From contig DAOSWS010000016.1 in assembly GCA_035593605.1 (NCBI GenBank), positions 18,672 through 82,671 on the forward strand: a stretch of 64,000 nucleotides of DNA, written 5' to 3'. The notes beneath the pieces are model-generated. The model ran no database searches, was not told the DNA's origin, and was given only the letters and a program-made list of their open reading frames with translations. The DNA comes from Thermoanaerobaculia bacterium. GTDB lineage: Bacteria > Acidobacteriota > Thermoanaerobaculia > UBA2201 > DAOSWS01. The translations under genes were made by a program, and so were the position numbers. Below, piece after piece: positions 10,809-20,068 of the stretch (positions within the stretch are counted from its first letter, which is position 1; every line of letters starts with the position of its first letter).

Positions 10809-11761
10809 CCGTGGAACTGGGGAAGCGGGTCCTGAAGATTGAAGCCAACGCCATTCAGGATGTGGCAGAGTCTCTGGACGAAGCCTTTTCCCGGGCGGTC
10901 GATATCCTGGCGGACTGCAGGGGTAAAGTCGTGGTGACGGGGATGGGAAAATCCGGCATCATCTGCAGAAAGATAGCCGCCACCATGTCTTCCACCGGCA
11001 CCCCGGCCATCTTCATGCATCCGGCAGAAGCCATTCACGGTGATCTGGGGATCATTGCTCAGGGAGACGTTGTCCTGGCTGTTTCCTACAGTGGTGAAAC
11101 CGAGGAGGTGATTCGTCTTCTGGAATTCCTCCAGAGACAGGGGATCCTTCTCATTGCGATTACCGGAAATCCGGAATCGACACTGGGCCGCCATGCAAAG
11201 TCCCACATCAGTGCCCGCGTGTCCAAGGAGGCATGCCCGCTGAACCTCGCCCCGACCGCGTCGACCACAGCCGCCCTTGCGGTGGGAGACGCATTGTCGA
11301 TCGCTCTTTCAATCCGAAAGGGGTTTCGGGAGGAAGATTTTGCCCTTCGCCATCCAGGAGGAAAGCTGGGTAAAAAACTGATGAGGGTCAGAGATCTCAT
11401 GCACACGGGAGATGCGCTTCCCAGGGTTCAGCCCGGAACAAACATGAAGGATGTGATCTACGAGATGTCTCGTAAGGGTTTCGGAATCACGGCCGTTGTG
11501 GACGATCAGAACGCCCTCCTGGGCGTAATCTCCGATGGGGATCTGCGAAGGTTTCTTCAACGGGACAACGCGATCCTCCAGAAGACAGCAGGAGAATGCA
11601 TGAAGGCAGGCGCGGTAACGATCGGCCCGGACATCCTTGCCTCGGAGGCCCTGAAACACCTGGAGGACCGGAGAATTACTTCACTCTTCATCACGGACGA
11701 CCGGAAGGTGCTGGAAGGCATTCTCCACATACACGACCTCTGGGGAGTCGGCTTCTTTTGA
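10805..11761 (+). CDS. kdsD: arabinose-5-phosphate isomerase (SIS domain + CBS pair), KdsD/KpsF family
   Basis: GTG 10805 overlaps the kdsA stop (GTGA). SIS motif VVVTGMGKSGIICRKIAATMSSTGTPA is present, and the C-terminal CBS pair has VVDDQNALLGVISDGDLRR. Confidence 0.85.
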   Translation: MTVELGKRVLKIEANAIQDVAESLDEAFSRAVDILADCRGKVVVTGMGKSGIICRKIAATMSSTGTPAIFMHPAEAIHGDLGIIAQGDVVLAVSYSGETEEVIRLLEFLQRQGILLIAITGNPESTLGRHAKSHISARVSKEACPLNLAPTASTTAALAVGDALSIALSIRKGFREEDFALRHPGGKLGKKLMRVRDLMHTGDALPRVQPGTNMKDVIYEMSRKGFGITAVVDDQNALLGVISDGDLRRFLQRDNAILQKTAGECMKAGAVTIGPDILASEALKHLEDRRITSLFITDDRKVLEGILHIHDLWGVGFF

Positions 11762-11765
11762 TCGT

Positions 11766-13379
11766 GTGAAGCACCTTCCCGTTCTCATCCTGATATTCCT
11801 TTCCTCCATCATCCGGGCGGATGATCTCCCCGTAATCCGCGAAATCTCTCTGATAAGGAATCCCATATTCGATCCCGACGACCCGGTGGAGAGGAGATGG
11901 CCCTATCGCCTCGCCAACTCACTTCACATCACCACAAAGGAGGGATTTATCCGCTCTGCCCTTCTTTTCAGAGAGGGAGATCTTTACGATCCGCTTCTCC
12001 TTGAAGCAGCCGAGCGCAGGCTCCGGAATACGGGCTTTTTCAATCCCGTGTCGATCACGGCGGTTCCCCTCCCCGATGGAAATGTCCGTGTCGAGGTTCG
12101 GACAAGGGAAACATGGACTCTCAACCCGGGTGCCAGCTTCTCCAGTTACAGCGGGAACAATTCCATCAGTTTCGAGGTGGAGGAATCAAACTTCCTGGGC
12201 TGGGGAAAGAAGGTGATTGCCCGGTGGGAAAATTCGGTGGAACAGGAGCGTGGATCCATCCACTATGAGGATCCCGTCTTTCTGAGCGATCGAAACCACC
12301 TCACCGTGGGATTGTGGAAGACCAGCGACGGGGAAGGACATCAACTCTTCTACCATAGACCGTTTATGACCCGGAAACAGGGTGCTTCATTCAGGGCCGG
12401 GTTTTTGAACAGTGATGATCGCGTTCTCCTGTACTGGAAAGGAGAGGAAGCCCTGGAATTCATCCTTCACAGGGACTGGGCCGTTGTAGAAGGAATGATC
12501 CGCCTCTGGGGTCAGGGGGACAGGGTTCTGCGGGGTGGGGGCGGATTCAGCAGTCTCGAAACTTCTTCCTCAACCTGGGAAGACCACGGGGGTGACCATC
12601 CCTTTGTCCTGGATCGACCCAGAAAGGATCGGCTCGGTTTCTTCTCCCTGGAGTACATGCGGCAGCGATATCTGAAAACCCAGGGGCTCTATGCCTTCCA
12701 GCACGATGAAGACACCCTTCTCGGTCCCAGGGCCCGTTTTGGTTTCGGATTTTCCGAAGGCGGCCGAATGTGGATCTACTCCGATGCTGAAATCGGCTGG
12801 GGTACTCCCAGGCATCAAATCCTGGGAAAGGGGGTCCTGAACCGCGAAATGGGAGGCGACCGGAGGACCTTTTATCTGGCAGGATTCCAGGCAGCGCACC
12901 AGTGGTCAACCTCCTCCACTTCGATCATGGCGGTCCGGATGGATGGATACCTTCACCCTGCGGGAATGGAGGTCCTGTACCTTGATGCCGAGGAAGGGCT
13001 GCGGGGCATACCGTTCCGGAACCAGGCCGGTACACGCCGGGCACAATTGACTTTCCAGCACAAGGTGCTGCTTTTCACGAATGTGCTTCACCTCATGAAC
13101 ATTGGAGCCGCCGGATTTGCGGATATCGGCAAGATCTGGGGTCTGGAAAGAAACTTCGACGAAGCAGAGATTCAGCGAACCATTGGCGTAGGCTTGAGGA
13201 TTGAAAGCCTTCGCTCCGGATTCGCAACCCTTGCCCGGCTCGATCTTGGTTATGATTTAAAAGATGGCGGCTGGGAAATATCCATCACCACCGATGAGTG
13301 GTTCGACTGGCGCGTCGGGGGTTATTTGCCTGACGAAATGGAAAGCCCGTCCCATGCGATGTGGTGGGTGGGCCGCTGA
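11766..13379 (+). CDS. short Omp85-family outer-membrane protein (signal peptide, probably one POTRA, beta-barrel)
   Basis: GTG start. Signal peptide KHLPVLILIFLSSIIRA. POTRA-like IREISLIRNPIFD...LLFREGDLYDPLLLEAAERRLRNTGFF.. followed by a barrel-like alternating pattern. At 537 aa it is shorter than BamA. Confidence 0.7.
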   Translation: MKHLPVLILIFLSSIIRADDLPVIREISLIRNPIFDPDDPVERRWPYRLANSLHITTKEGFIRSALLFREGDLYDPLLLEAAERRLRNTGFFNPVSITAVPLPDGNVRVEVRTRETWTLNPGASFSSYSGNNSISFEVEESNFLGWGKKVIARWENSVEQERGSIHYEDPVFLSDRNHLTVGLWKTSDGEGHQLFYHRPFMTRKQGASFRAGFLNSDDRVLLYWKGEEALEFILHRDWAVVEGMIRLWGQGDRVLRGGGGFSSLETSSSTWEDHGGDHPFVLDRPRKDRLGFFSLEYMRQRYLKTQGLYAFQHDEDTLLGPRARFGFGFSEGGRMWIYSDAEIGWGTPRHQILGKGVLNREMGGDRRTFYLAGFQAAHQWSTSSTSIMAVRMDGYLHPAGMEVLYLDAEEGLRGIPFRNQAGTRRAQLTFQHKVLLFTNVLHLMNIGAAGFADIGKIWGLERNFDEAEIQRTIGVGLRIESLRSGFATLARLDLGYDLKDGGWEISITTDEWFDWRVGGYLPDEMESPSHAMWWVGR

Positions 13380-14071
13380 AGCATGGCCTGCAGATCTCCC
13401 ATCGTCTGTCCGGAATGACCCACATGGGTAAAGACCAACCTCTCAATCCCCAGCTCGTCTGCCCGTTGAACCGCTTCGTTCATCGGCCAATGATTGGGCA
13501 GAGAACGATCGGGTGAGGATCCGTCGGTCACAAGAAGGTCAATCCCCCGGATCCGGGAAGCGGTGGGCCGGGGAAGGCAGCAAATATCGGGAGCATAGAA
13601 CACCGATCCATCCATGAGGATTCCCGAGGTGGGTGTTCGAGGAGAATGTTCAACTTCCAGAAATTCAATGTCATAACCTGCAATCCGGACCGCACGTCCG
13701 GGTATCACCTCACAGTATTCAAGGGGAAGATCTCCATGAACCTTCCGCACGGTGTCCAGCGTATCCGACAGGGCCCATACCCGAACCCGTCCCCATGAAA
13801 GATCGGCATAGTCAGGACATAGATCTCTCAGCCCGAGAATATGATCATGGTGACCGTGGGTCAGCAGGACATCCGACAGGATCGGGTGTCCTGCGCGAGC
13901 CCATTGGATGGAAAAGTCGGTTCCGCAATCGATGAGAACTCTTCGATCGAGAAGGATAGAGGATCTCGTCCGGGAATCCCTGGGATCAGGGGAGAGGCAC
14001 TGAGGACATGTACAACGGGGCCGGGGAAGGGCCCAGGCTCCCGATGTTCCCAGGAAAGAAAAGTGGATCAT
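13322..14071 (-). CDS. MBL-fold hydrolase, PhnP-like (cyclic-phosphate phosphodiesterase family)
   Basis: FLGTSGAWALPRPRCTCPQCLS (Cys cluster as in PhnP), THGHHDH metal motif, C-terminal FTHVGHS. ATG 14071 overlaps the upstream stop (ATGA). The 3' end overlaps the convergent Omp85 gene by 58 nt. Confidence 0.75.
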   Translation of the reverse strand: MIHFSFLGTSGAWALPRPRCTCPQCLSPDPRDSRTRSSILLDRRVLIDCGTDFSIQWARAGHPILSDVLLTHGHHDHILGLRDLCPDYADLSWGRVRVWALSDTLDTVRKVHGDLPLEYCEVIPGRAVRIAGYDIEFLEVEHSPRTPTSGILMDGSVFYAPDICCLPRPTASRIRGIDLLVTDGSSPDRSLPNHWPMNEAVQRADELGIERLVFTHVGHSGQTMGDLQAMLQRPTHHIAWDGLSISSGK

Positions 14072-15903
14072 GCCACCTGGGCGGCGGAAAGAAGCCTGGA
14101 GAACCTGGCAGGATCGACATTTTCCATCTGCAGATAATTCTGCTCCAGCTCCTCGACGGTGAAGAGATCCAGCCCGCTGTTATGGAGAAAATCTTTCCGC
14201 AATTCGATCTTACCGGTTTCCATCATCTCCGGCAGGATTTCACCCAGGTAGAGGGATTCCATCTGGAGATGGTGAATTGCTTCGAGGATCAGACGGTCAG
14301 ATATTTCCTCTCCCAGCTGCTGGCGTACCACTTCCCTGCGGATTTCCTTCACGAAGGCTTCAAGGCCATGCTGTGTCGAGAGGCCGGCATATACGTGCTT
14401 GATACGCTCCCGGGCAATCTGAAGAACGACACTGAAAAAGCGTTCTTCCGTGGTTACTTCGGAAATGAGATGGACCAGTTCCTGCAGTGTCATTTCATTA
14501 TCGGAAATCCGAATCAGACCCTGCTGAACAAGCTCCAGTTTGCGCCGGCCATACCGGGGAAGATAGGGGTTACTGAAAAGAGGCTCGATAAAGAGCTCAT
14601 CAAAAAGCTGGGATTTCAGATCATTGAAGATTCTCCGGTTATTCACGAGGGACCGGATATTGGAGTCTTCAATTTCGACGTTATCCATAAAGGCCAGACG
14701 GTTGATCAGTGCGGCCGTGGCATCAAAACGGTCCAGATAGGTCACAACATTTCCAAAAGATTCCAGCAGCTGGAAATCTTCGGTTTGCGCCACACGTTCG
14801 TCAATGAGACGTCCGACATCCAGCAGAATTTCTTCGAAGGCATTGTTATGCTGTTCAACGGAAATCTGCTTTGCTTTTAAAAGCGCGATAAGTTCTTCTT
14901 CGGCCACCTCGTGGGTAAAGGGGCCGCTTTCGATCAGGAAACCCTCCAGAACTTCCCGGGTCTTACTGAGATAGGGAGGCTCTTCCACTGTCTTCAATGT
15001 GGTCTTTCCCGAGAAGAGAATATCTTCCAGGGTGTCGAAAATCGTGGACGGTACGTTCTGCCGGAGTGCGATCGTTCTCAACCTCTGGAGGCGAGCCTGG
15101 AGGGAAGCATCCAGCGCTCCTTTTCGACGACCCTGCATGAGCGTCTGACGATACTCACGAATGATTCGAGCGTTATCCGGATTGTGATAGATAATATCAA
15201 TCTTGATTCGCTCCTGCTGATACGAATCGACCCGATCCGACACCTCTGAATATCGTTCCATAATTTCCGGCGGAAAACCCCGGTATTCCGAGTAAATCTG
15301 TCGACAGAGCTTCTGATAGGCTCGATTGGGAAGGTGGACAAAACGAAAAAGAAAAATATCCGTACCCTGTTCCTGCAGCGATTCCCTCAGCTCCCGCATC
15401 AGGTCGACATCGTGCTCCTGGCCGACATCGGCACTGCGTTTCAGCAATTTCCCTATACATTTGAGCGTCATCTCCTGTCGTTCCACAACGGATCGCCCTG
15501 CATCGTGGTCAGCAACAAAGAAGAAGTAATTACTTACCGCATGACCGTTGAGAAAGATGCGCTCGTAACTTTCCTTCCCGGAAGTTCGGGTCGTAAAGTA
15601 GATTTCATCGGTTTCTTCATCCTGGAACGCGCCGTAAAAGACAAGCCGGTTTGTGACATCCTCGGTGAACATGTCTTCAGGAGGAATCTGTGTCCCGAAC
15701 ATATAGGCGTTAAACGCGCCCCCATTTCCGTTGTACTCTATCCCTTCCGCCGTCATACGCAGGTGATTCATATCTGAAAAAAAACAGACTTCGCCTTCCA
15801 TCTGCTGAAGGAAGAACCTGCGATGGATGTCAGGCCCCGTAATCGTAGCGAAAAAAGCAACGTCCTCGTGAACGTGACCGTGGTAGGAAACCGAACGGAT
15901 CAT
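14068..15903 (-). CDS. 611-aa conserved-looking hypothetical protein, family not recognised
   Basis: Long uninterrupted ORF from ATG 15903 with codon-like periodicity. It has no P-loop, no metal motif and no TM segment that I can see. It is visibly more AT-rich and richer in GAA/ATT/TTT codons than its neighbours. Confidence 0.7.
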   Translation of the reverse strand: MIRSVSYHGHVHEDVAFFATITGPDIHRRFFLQQMEGEVCFFSDMNHLRMTAEGIEYNGNGGAFNAYMFGTQIPPEDMFTEDVTNRLVFYGAFQDEETDEIYFTTRTSGKESYERIFLNGHAVSNYFFFVADHDAGRSVVERQEMTLKCIGKLLKRSADVGQEHDVDLMRELRESLQEQGTDIFLFRFVHLPNRAYQKLCRQIYSEYRGFPPEIMERYSEVSDRVDSYQQERIKIDIIYHNPDNARIIREYRQTLMQGRRKGALDASLQARLQRLRTIALRQNVPSTIFDTLEDILFSGKTTLKTVEEPPYLSKTREVLEGFLIESGPFTHEVAEEELIALLKAKQISVEQHNNAFEEILLDVGRLIDERVAQTEDFQLLESFGNVVTYLDRFDATAALINRLAFMDNVEIEDSNIRSLVNNRRIFNDLKSQLFDELFIEPLFSNPYLPRYGRRKLELVQQGLIRISDNEMTLQELVHLISEVTTEERFFSVVLQIARERIKHVYAGLSTQHGLEAFVKEIRREVVRQQLGEEISDRLILEAIHHLQMESLYLGEILPEMMETGKIELRKDFLHNSGLDLFTVEELEQNYLQMENVDPARFSRLLSAAQVA

Positions 15904-15976
15904 TACCGCAATTCTAACATGGAAGGATGCGCGTTACGGTCCTCTGGGAATATCGGCCTGAACGAATCTGTATTCA

Positions 15977-16852
15977 ATGGATATGACGAAATACCCATCA
16001 GTTCAAATTGGAAATTTCCAGTTGCGGATCCTGAATGGAGGTTCCTTCAGCCTGGACGGAGGCGCGATGTTCGGAGTCGTTCCCCGAACGATGTGGTCCC
16101 GTGAAGAACCGCCTGACCCTTTGAATCGCATCCGTCTTCATTGTAACTGTCTCCTGATTTCGAGGGAGAATGACCATGTTCTGGTGGAAACCGGAATGGG
16201 ATTTTCATGGACAGAGAAGCAGCGCCATCGGTTCGCCATTGACTCTGGTTCCCTCGAGCAGTCGCTGGAAGATCTAAACCTTCAGGTTTCATCCATCACC
16301 CATGTGGTGAATACGCATCTCCATTTCGATCATGCCGGGGGTAACTTTATCAATCTGAACGGCGAAAGTGTTCCCCGGTATCCCCGTGCTTCATACTATG
16401 TTCAGGAAAGGGAATGGACTCACGGTTTGAATCCGACATGGAAGGACCGTGCAAGCTATCGAAGCGAAGATTTTGAAAAACTTGAACTCCGGGGACAGCT
16501 GGTACGGCTGGAGGGTGCATCGGAGATCATTCCCGGAATCCGTGTCCTCTCTGTCGGCGGGCACAGCCCCGGTATGCAGCTGGTTGAAGTCAGGGACGGC
16601 AGCGAACGGGCTGTCTTTCTTGCAGATCTGATCCCGACCCGCCACCACGTGCGCCTTCCATGGCTTATGGCCTATGACAGCTATCCCATAACGACACTCC
16701 AGGTCAAGGAGAACCTCCTTCCCGAACTTGCAGAAGATGGCAGCCTTGTGGTTCTTTACCATGATAATCGTTTCCCTATGGGCCATATCCGGCGGGAGGG
16801 TAACGATTCATTTCAATTCATTTATTTGCCGATTTTCAATCCGGAAAACTGA
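15977..16852 (+). CDS. MBL-fold hydrolase (AHL-lactonase-like HLHFDHAGG motif)
   Basis: NTHLHFDHAGGN metal motif, GGHSPGMQ and later Asp/His positions. Substrate unknown. Confidence 0.8.
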   Translation: MDMTKYPSVQIGNFQLRILNGGSFSLDGGAMFGVVPRTMWSREEPPDPLNRIRLHCNCLLISRENDHVLVETGMGFSWTEKQRHRFAIDSGSLEQSLEDLNLQVSSITHVVNTHLHFDHAGGNFINLNGESVPRYPRASYYVQEREWTHGLNPTWKDRASYRSEDFEKLELRGQLVRLEGASEIIPGIRVLSVGGHSPGMQLVEVRDGSERAVFLADLIPTRHHVRLPWLMAYDSYPITTLQVKENLLPELAEDGSLVVLYHDNRFPMGHIRREGNDSFQFIYLPIFNPEN

Positions 16853-16868
16853 ATCCGGCTGTATACGA

Positions 16869-18068
16869 TCACTCCTTCAGGCGAAGCTCTCCAATCGGGG
16901 CCAGAAATCCCTCCGAAGTCAGGGCATAGATGCCATAGGTCGTTGAAGTCGGCTCTTCGCTTGGATCCAGCAGATGGAATGACATCGGTTCAAGAGCATG
17001 GGGAACCGCGGGAAGCATCGAAGCCAGACCGGTAACAAGCGTGTCATCCACGACTTCTGATTTCAGAATAACCCAGGATTGAACGTCCTGCACCGATTCC
17101 GCCCGGAAGGACACCTGGAACTGATCGCCTTCCAGTTCAAGCTTCGTGCCCTCCACCCGGGCCGGGTACCGTTCCAGCGGTGTGAGCTGGACCTGGCTGT
17201 TCTCTGACAAAGGGAGATCCGCCGTATTAAAGAAAACCATCAGGAAATCTTCCAGGCCTGAGAGGGGAACGCGGATTCCTGCGGTAAGAGGCCTGACATC
17301 CACGTCCGCGACGGGGAATCGATACCTCACGATCAGGCTCCCGCGAACCCCTGAGGGTTCGGTAACGGCATCCAGAACAACACCCTCTGCAGATCGGCGG
17401 CCAAGATCCCACCGATGGACACGGATCGTAAGCGGATCGGGGTTGTCGAACTGAAAGATCTGAGGCTGAAGAGGGAATGCATGGATGGATCCGGGCTGAA
17501 GAAGAGGCATCCATTCATCGATCATGCGAAGGGCACGGGATCGGAAAAGAGAACCGATCGTATCCTGGCCGCCGCCGAGGAGAACCTCGTTAATGGCTTC
17601 GATACTGCGGCCCGGTCCATTCGTGCGGTCTGCAACCCAGATTCGCCCCAGTACGGTGAGATCCTGTTCTATCAGACTGTCATAAAGAGTTCGGAGAACC
17701 AGGTCTTCCGGCGTGGCCCCGCCCATTTCAAAGGAGGTACCTTTCAGCAACGTCGCCAGTGTCGCATCACGATGAAGGGGAAGCGATGCGGGATCCAGAA
17801 GATCCAGCACGAGGGTGTAGAAAACGGGCATGACGTGGGAAAAATCCCTGGGCTCAGGAAGGATCGCACGAGAAATAGATTCATCCATGGTGAGAACCAT
17901 GACTCCATCTCGTATCGCAAGATCATCCGGTATCGGAAACCCGAATTCATTCAGATGCTGTTCGGCTTTCTGAAACCATGGGTCCCAACTGACAGGACCG
18001 GAGTAGTTCATCGCCTGGAGTAAGCTGGAAAGGCCCAGAACCATCAAAAGAATAAGATTACGACGCAT
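16869..18068 (-). CDS. secreted hypothetical protein (399 aa)
   Basis: ATG 18068. Signal peptide MRRNLILLMVLGLSSLLQA. No recognisable motif. Confidence 0.65.
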   Translation of the reverse strand: MRRNLILLMVLGLSSLLQAMNYSGPVSWDPWFQKAEQHLNEFGFPIPDDLAIRDGVMVLTMDESISRAILPEPRDFSHVMPVFYTLVLDLLDPASLPLHRDATLATLLKGTSFEMGGATPEDLVLRTLYDSLIEQDLTVLGRIWVADRTNGPGRSIEAINEVLLGGGQDTIGSLFRSRALRMIDEWMPLLQPGSIHAFPLQPQIFQFDNPDPLTIRVHRWDLGRRSAEGVVLDAVTEPSGVRGSLIVRYRFPVADVDVRPLTAGIRVPLSGLEDFLMVFFNTADLPLSENSQVQLTPLERYPARVEGTKLELEGDQFQVSFRAESVQDVQSWVILKSEVVDDTLVTGLASMLPAVPHALEPMSFHLLDPSEEPTSTTYGIYALTSEGFLAPIGELRLKE

Positions 18069-18149
18069 GAAAAGCCTCCCGACAAGGTTGCATACTATTC
18101 CTAACCTTCATTCGCAATCGGGTTATTCCTGCCAACGGACCGGTCAACA

Positions 18150-18917
18150 TCAATCCCTTATACGGACTAACACGACCGATGTGTTGTCATGGCCTCCCAT
18201 CTTGTTTGCCGTTTCAATCAGGCGATTTGCCTGTTGCTGGAGACTCCCCCCCTCTCGAAGCAGGGATGCAATCATCTCATCCTCAAGCATGGTGGTAAGA
18301 CCATCCGTGCAGAGAAGGAGAAGATCACCCGGTTCAAGGGACATGGAGGCGATATCGACAGAGACAACAGAGGCACCCCCAAGGGCACGGGTGATTACAT
18401 TTCGGAGTGGATGACGGAGCGCTTCTTCCGCGGTAAGGCTTCCAGCATTGATCTGTTCCTGGATCCAGGAGTGATCTTCAGTTTTCAGATAGAATTGGCC
18501 ATTTCTCAGAAGATAGAGGCGACTGTCCCCTACATGTGCATAGATCGCTTCATCATCCCTGAGAAGTATGGCAACGACGGTGGTCCCCATCCCGGCCAGG
18601 TTTCGGTTCTCACGGGAGTGCCGGTAAATCATCCCGTTCGCAGCCATGATGGAAGCCATGAGCCGTTGCCAGGGTAGAGGAAATTCCTTCGGTGTCGGGA
18701 AGGGCCACGTAGGTTTGCTGACCTCAGCTGATTTCTGGATGAACTCCCGTATTGACTCTACAGCAAGATGAGAAGCAATTTCACCGGCGGCATGACCGCC
18801 CATTCCGTCCGCAACGAGGTAAAGGTTGAGATCATCCTCCACCAGGAAGGAATCCTCGTTATTCTGCCGGAGCATCCCTGTATCCGTCAAACCGAAGGTT
18901 TCGATTTTCAGGGTCAC
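18150..18917 (-). CDS. PP2C-family Ser/Thr protein phosphatase
   Basis: GTG 18917 overlaps the upstream stop (GTGA). RQNNEDS, ADGMGGHAAGEIAS, LLLCTDGL, GGHDNTSVVLV. Confidence 0.9.
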   Translation of the reverse strand: MTLKIETFGLTDTGMLRQNNEDSFLVEDDLNLYLVADGMGGHAAGEIASHLAVESIREFIQKSAEVSKPTWPFPTPKEFPLPWQRLMASIMAANGMIYRHSRENRNLAGMGTTVVAILLRDDEAIYAHVGDSRLYLLRNGQFYLKTEDHSWIQEQINAGSLTAEEALRHPLRNVITRALGGASVVSVDIASMSLEPGDLLLLCTDGLTTMLEDEMIASLLREGGSLQQQANRLIETANKMGGHDNTSVVLVRIRD

Positions 18918-20068
18918 CGATTGGTCTTTCTCACGTTATATAACCGCTTGGCAGCCTGACGCACCGGATCGGGAACATCCTTTTCACTTGTCAGGTCTTT
19001 CAAATCCTTATCATTCATGCGGGGCAGCAGTCCCAGAGAAACGCCTACCGGCGTATGGGGGTTATAGATGACCTGTCTAACGATGGGGTACTTTCTCATC
19101 CACTCGCGACGCTGTGATATCAATCGCATCACCTCGGCGGGCACGTCCCTCATTCCGGAGATGACATTGATTTCCGACTCCGTCACCTTTGGACTCATGA
19201 CAACTGCCGCCTTTACAAGTTTATTCGCATCCCGAATCAGAATACCCCTGGCTTCCTTACTGCCCTTCAGCGCGACTTCCACCTTCTGCGGTACGGTCAT
19301 TTTCAAGACCGTCTGGTAAAGCGTGGCCTCTTCCTCATCCGCCAATTCTTCTCCCGTCATATTCAGATCGGAAAAGAGCATATCGTCCGGGAGCGAAGTC
19401 ATTCCGAACGTTTCAAAAATTTCCTTTGGAATTTCAAACAGATCTTCCCCGAAGGTATCCTCGGTGAACTCTTCCGATTCCTCATACTCCTCCCCAAACA
19501 TCTCCTGAGGAATCTCTTCTCCCGGCCCCGGGAAAATTTCCTGTGGAACCGGTTCTTCAGGATGATCCTGTTTAAAAAAATCCTGTCGGATTTCCAGGAT
19601 CCTTCGCTTTGCGAATGGATCCAAAGAAGGATTGGATTCCAGGGCCTCAAGAATTTCCGGATGATCAATGATCTTTCCAACATTTGTGATGATAATTTCC
19701 TGGAGTGCCGAAGGAACACGGGAAGCCAGGAAGGCAACTGTCTGAATGCTCACATTTTTATGCCGGAGAACCTTCTCCATCATGGGTGTCGACCGCAGAT
19801 ACTGTGCCAGAACATTGAGGTCTTCAGCCTGCAGGTCGGGATTTTCAACATGCTGTTGAAGAAGCCTCGGGGGTAATCCATTCAAAGTGGAATTTGCCTG
19901 ATTTCGCAACACCTCATCTTCTCCATTCAAAAAAATGAGAAGAATGGAAAAAAGACTATCGGGATCAACAGGAAAGAGTCCCTGTGCGAGCAGACTCATG
20001 ATGTTCGGAGGCAGTGATCCTTCACGTACGGCCTGAATCAAATCCGATGCTGATCTATGCTCACTCAA
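18914..20068 (-). CDS. hypothetical 384-aa protein with helical-repeat ends and a strongly acidic centre
   Basis: TTG 20068 overlaps the rodZ-like stop by 8 nt (alternative ATG 19999). The central stretch EEIPQEMFGEEYEESEEFTEDTFGEDLFEIPKEIFETF is acidic. The C-terminal segment is helical-repeat-like. No named family recognised. Confidence 0.65.
   Translation of the reverse strand: MSEHRSASDLIQAVREGSLPPNIMSLLAQGLFPVDPDSLFSILLIFLNGEDEVLRNQANSTLNGLPPRLLQQHVENPDLQAEDLNVLAQYLRSTPMMEKVLRHKNVSIQTVAFLASRVPSALQEIIITNVGKIIDHPEILEALESNPSLDPFAKRRILEIRQDFFKQDHPEEPVPQEIFPGPGEEIPQEMFGEEYEESEEFTEDTFGEDLFEIPKEIFETFGMTSLPDDMLFSDLNMTGEELADEEEATLYQTVLKMTVPQKVEVALKGSKEARGILIRDANKLVKAAVVMSPKVTESEINVISGMRDVPAEVMRLISQRREWMRKYPIVRQVIYNPHTPVGVSLGLLPRMNDKDLKDLTSEKDVPDPVRQAAKRLYNVRKTNR

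Noticed and set aside
14008-14880. 290-aa plus-strand track ORF
   Set aside because: It is antisense to the 611-aa ORF and bridges into the MBL gene. The minus-strand ORF is more than twice as long and is coupled by ATGA to the next gene.
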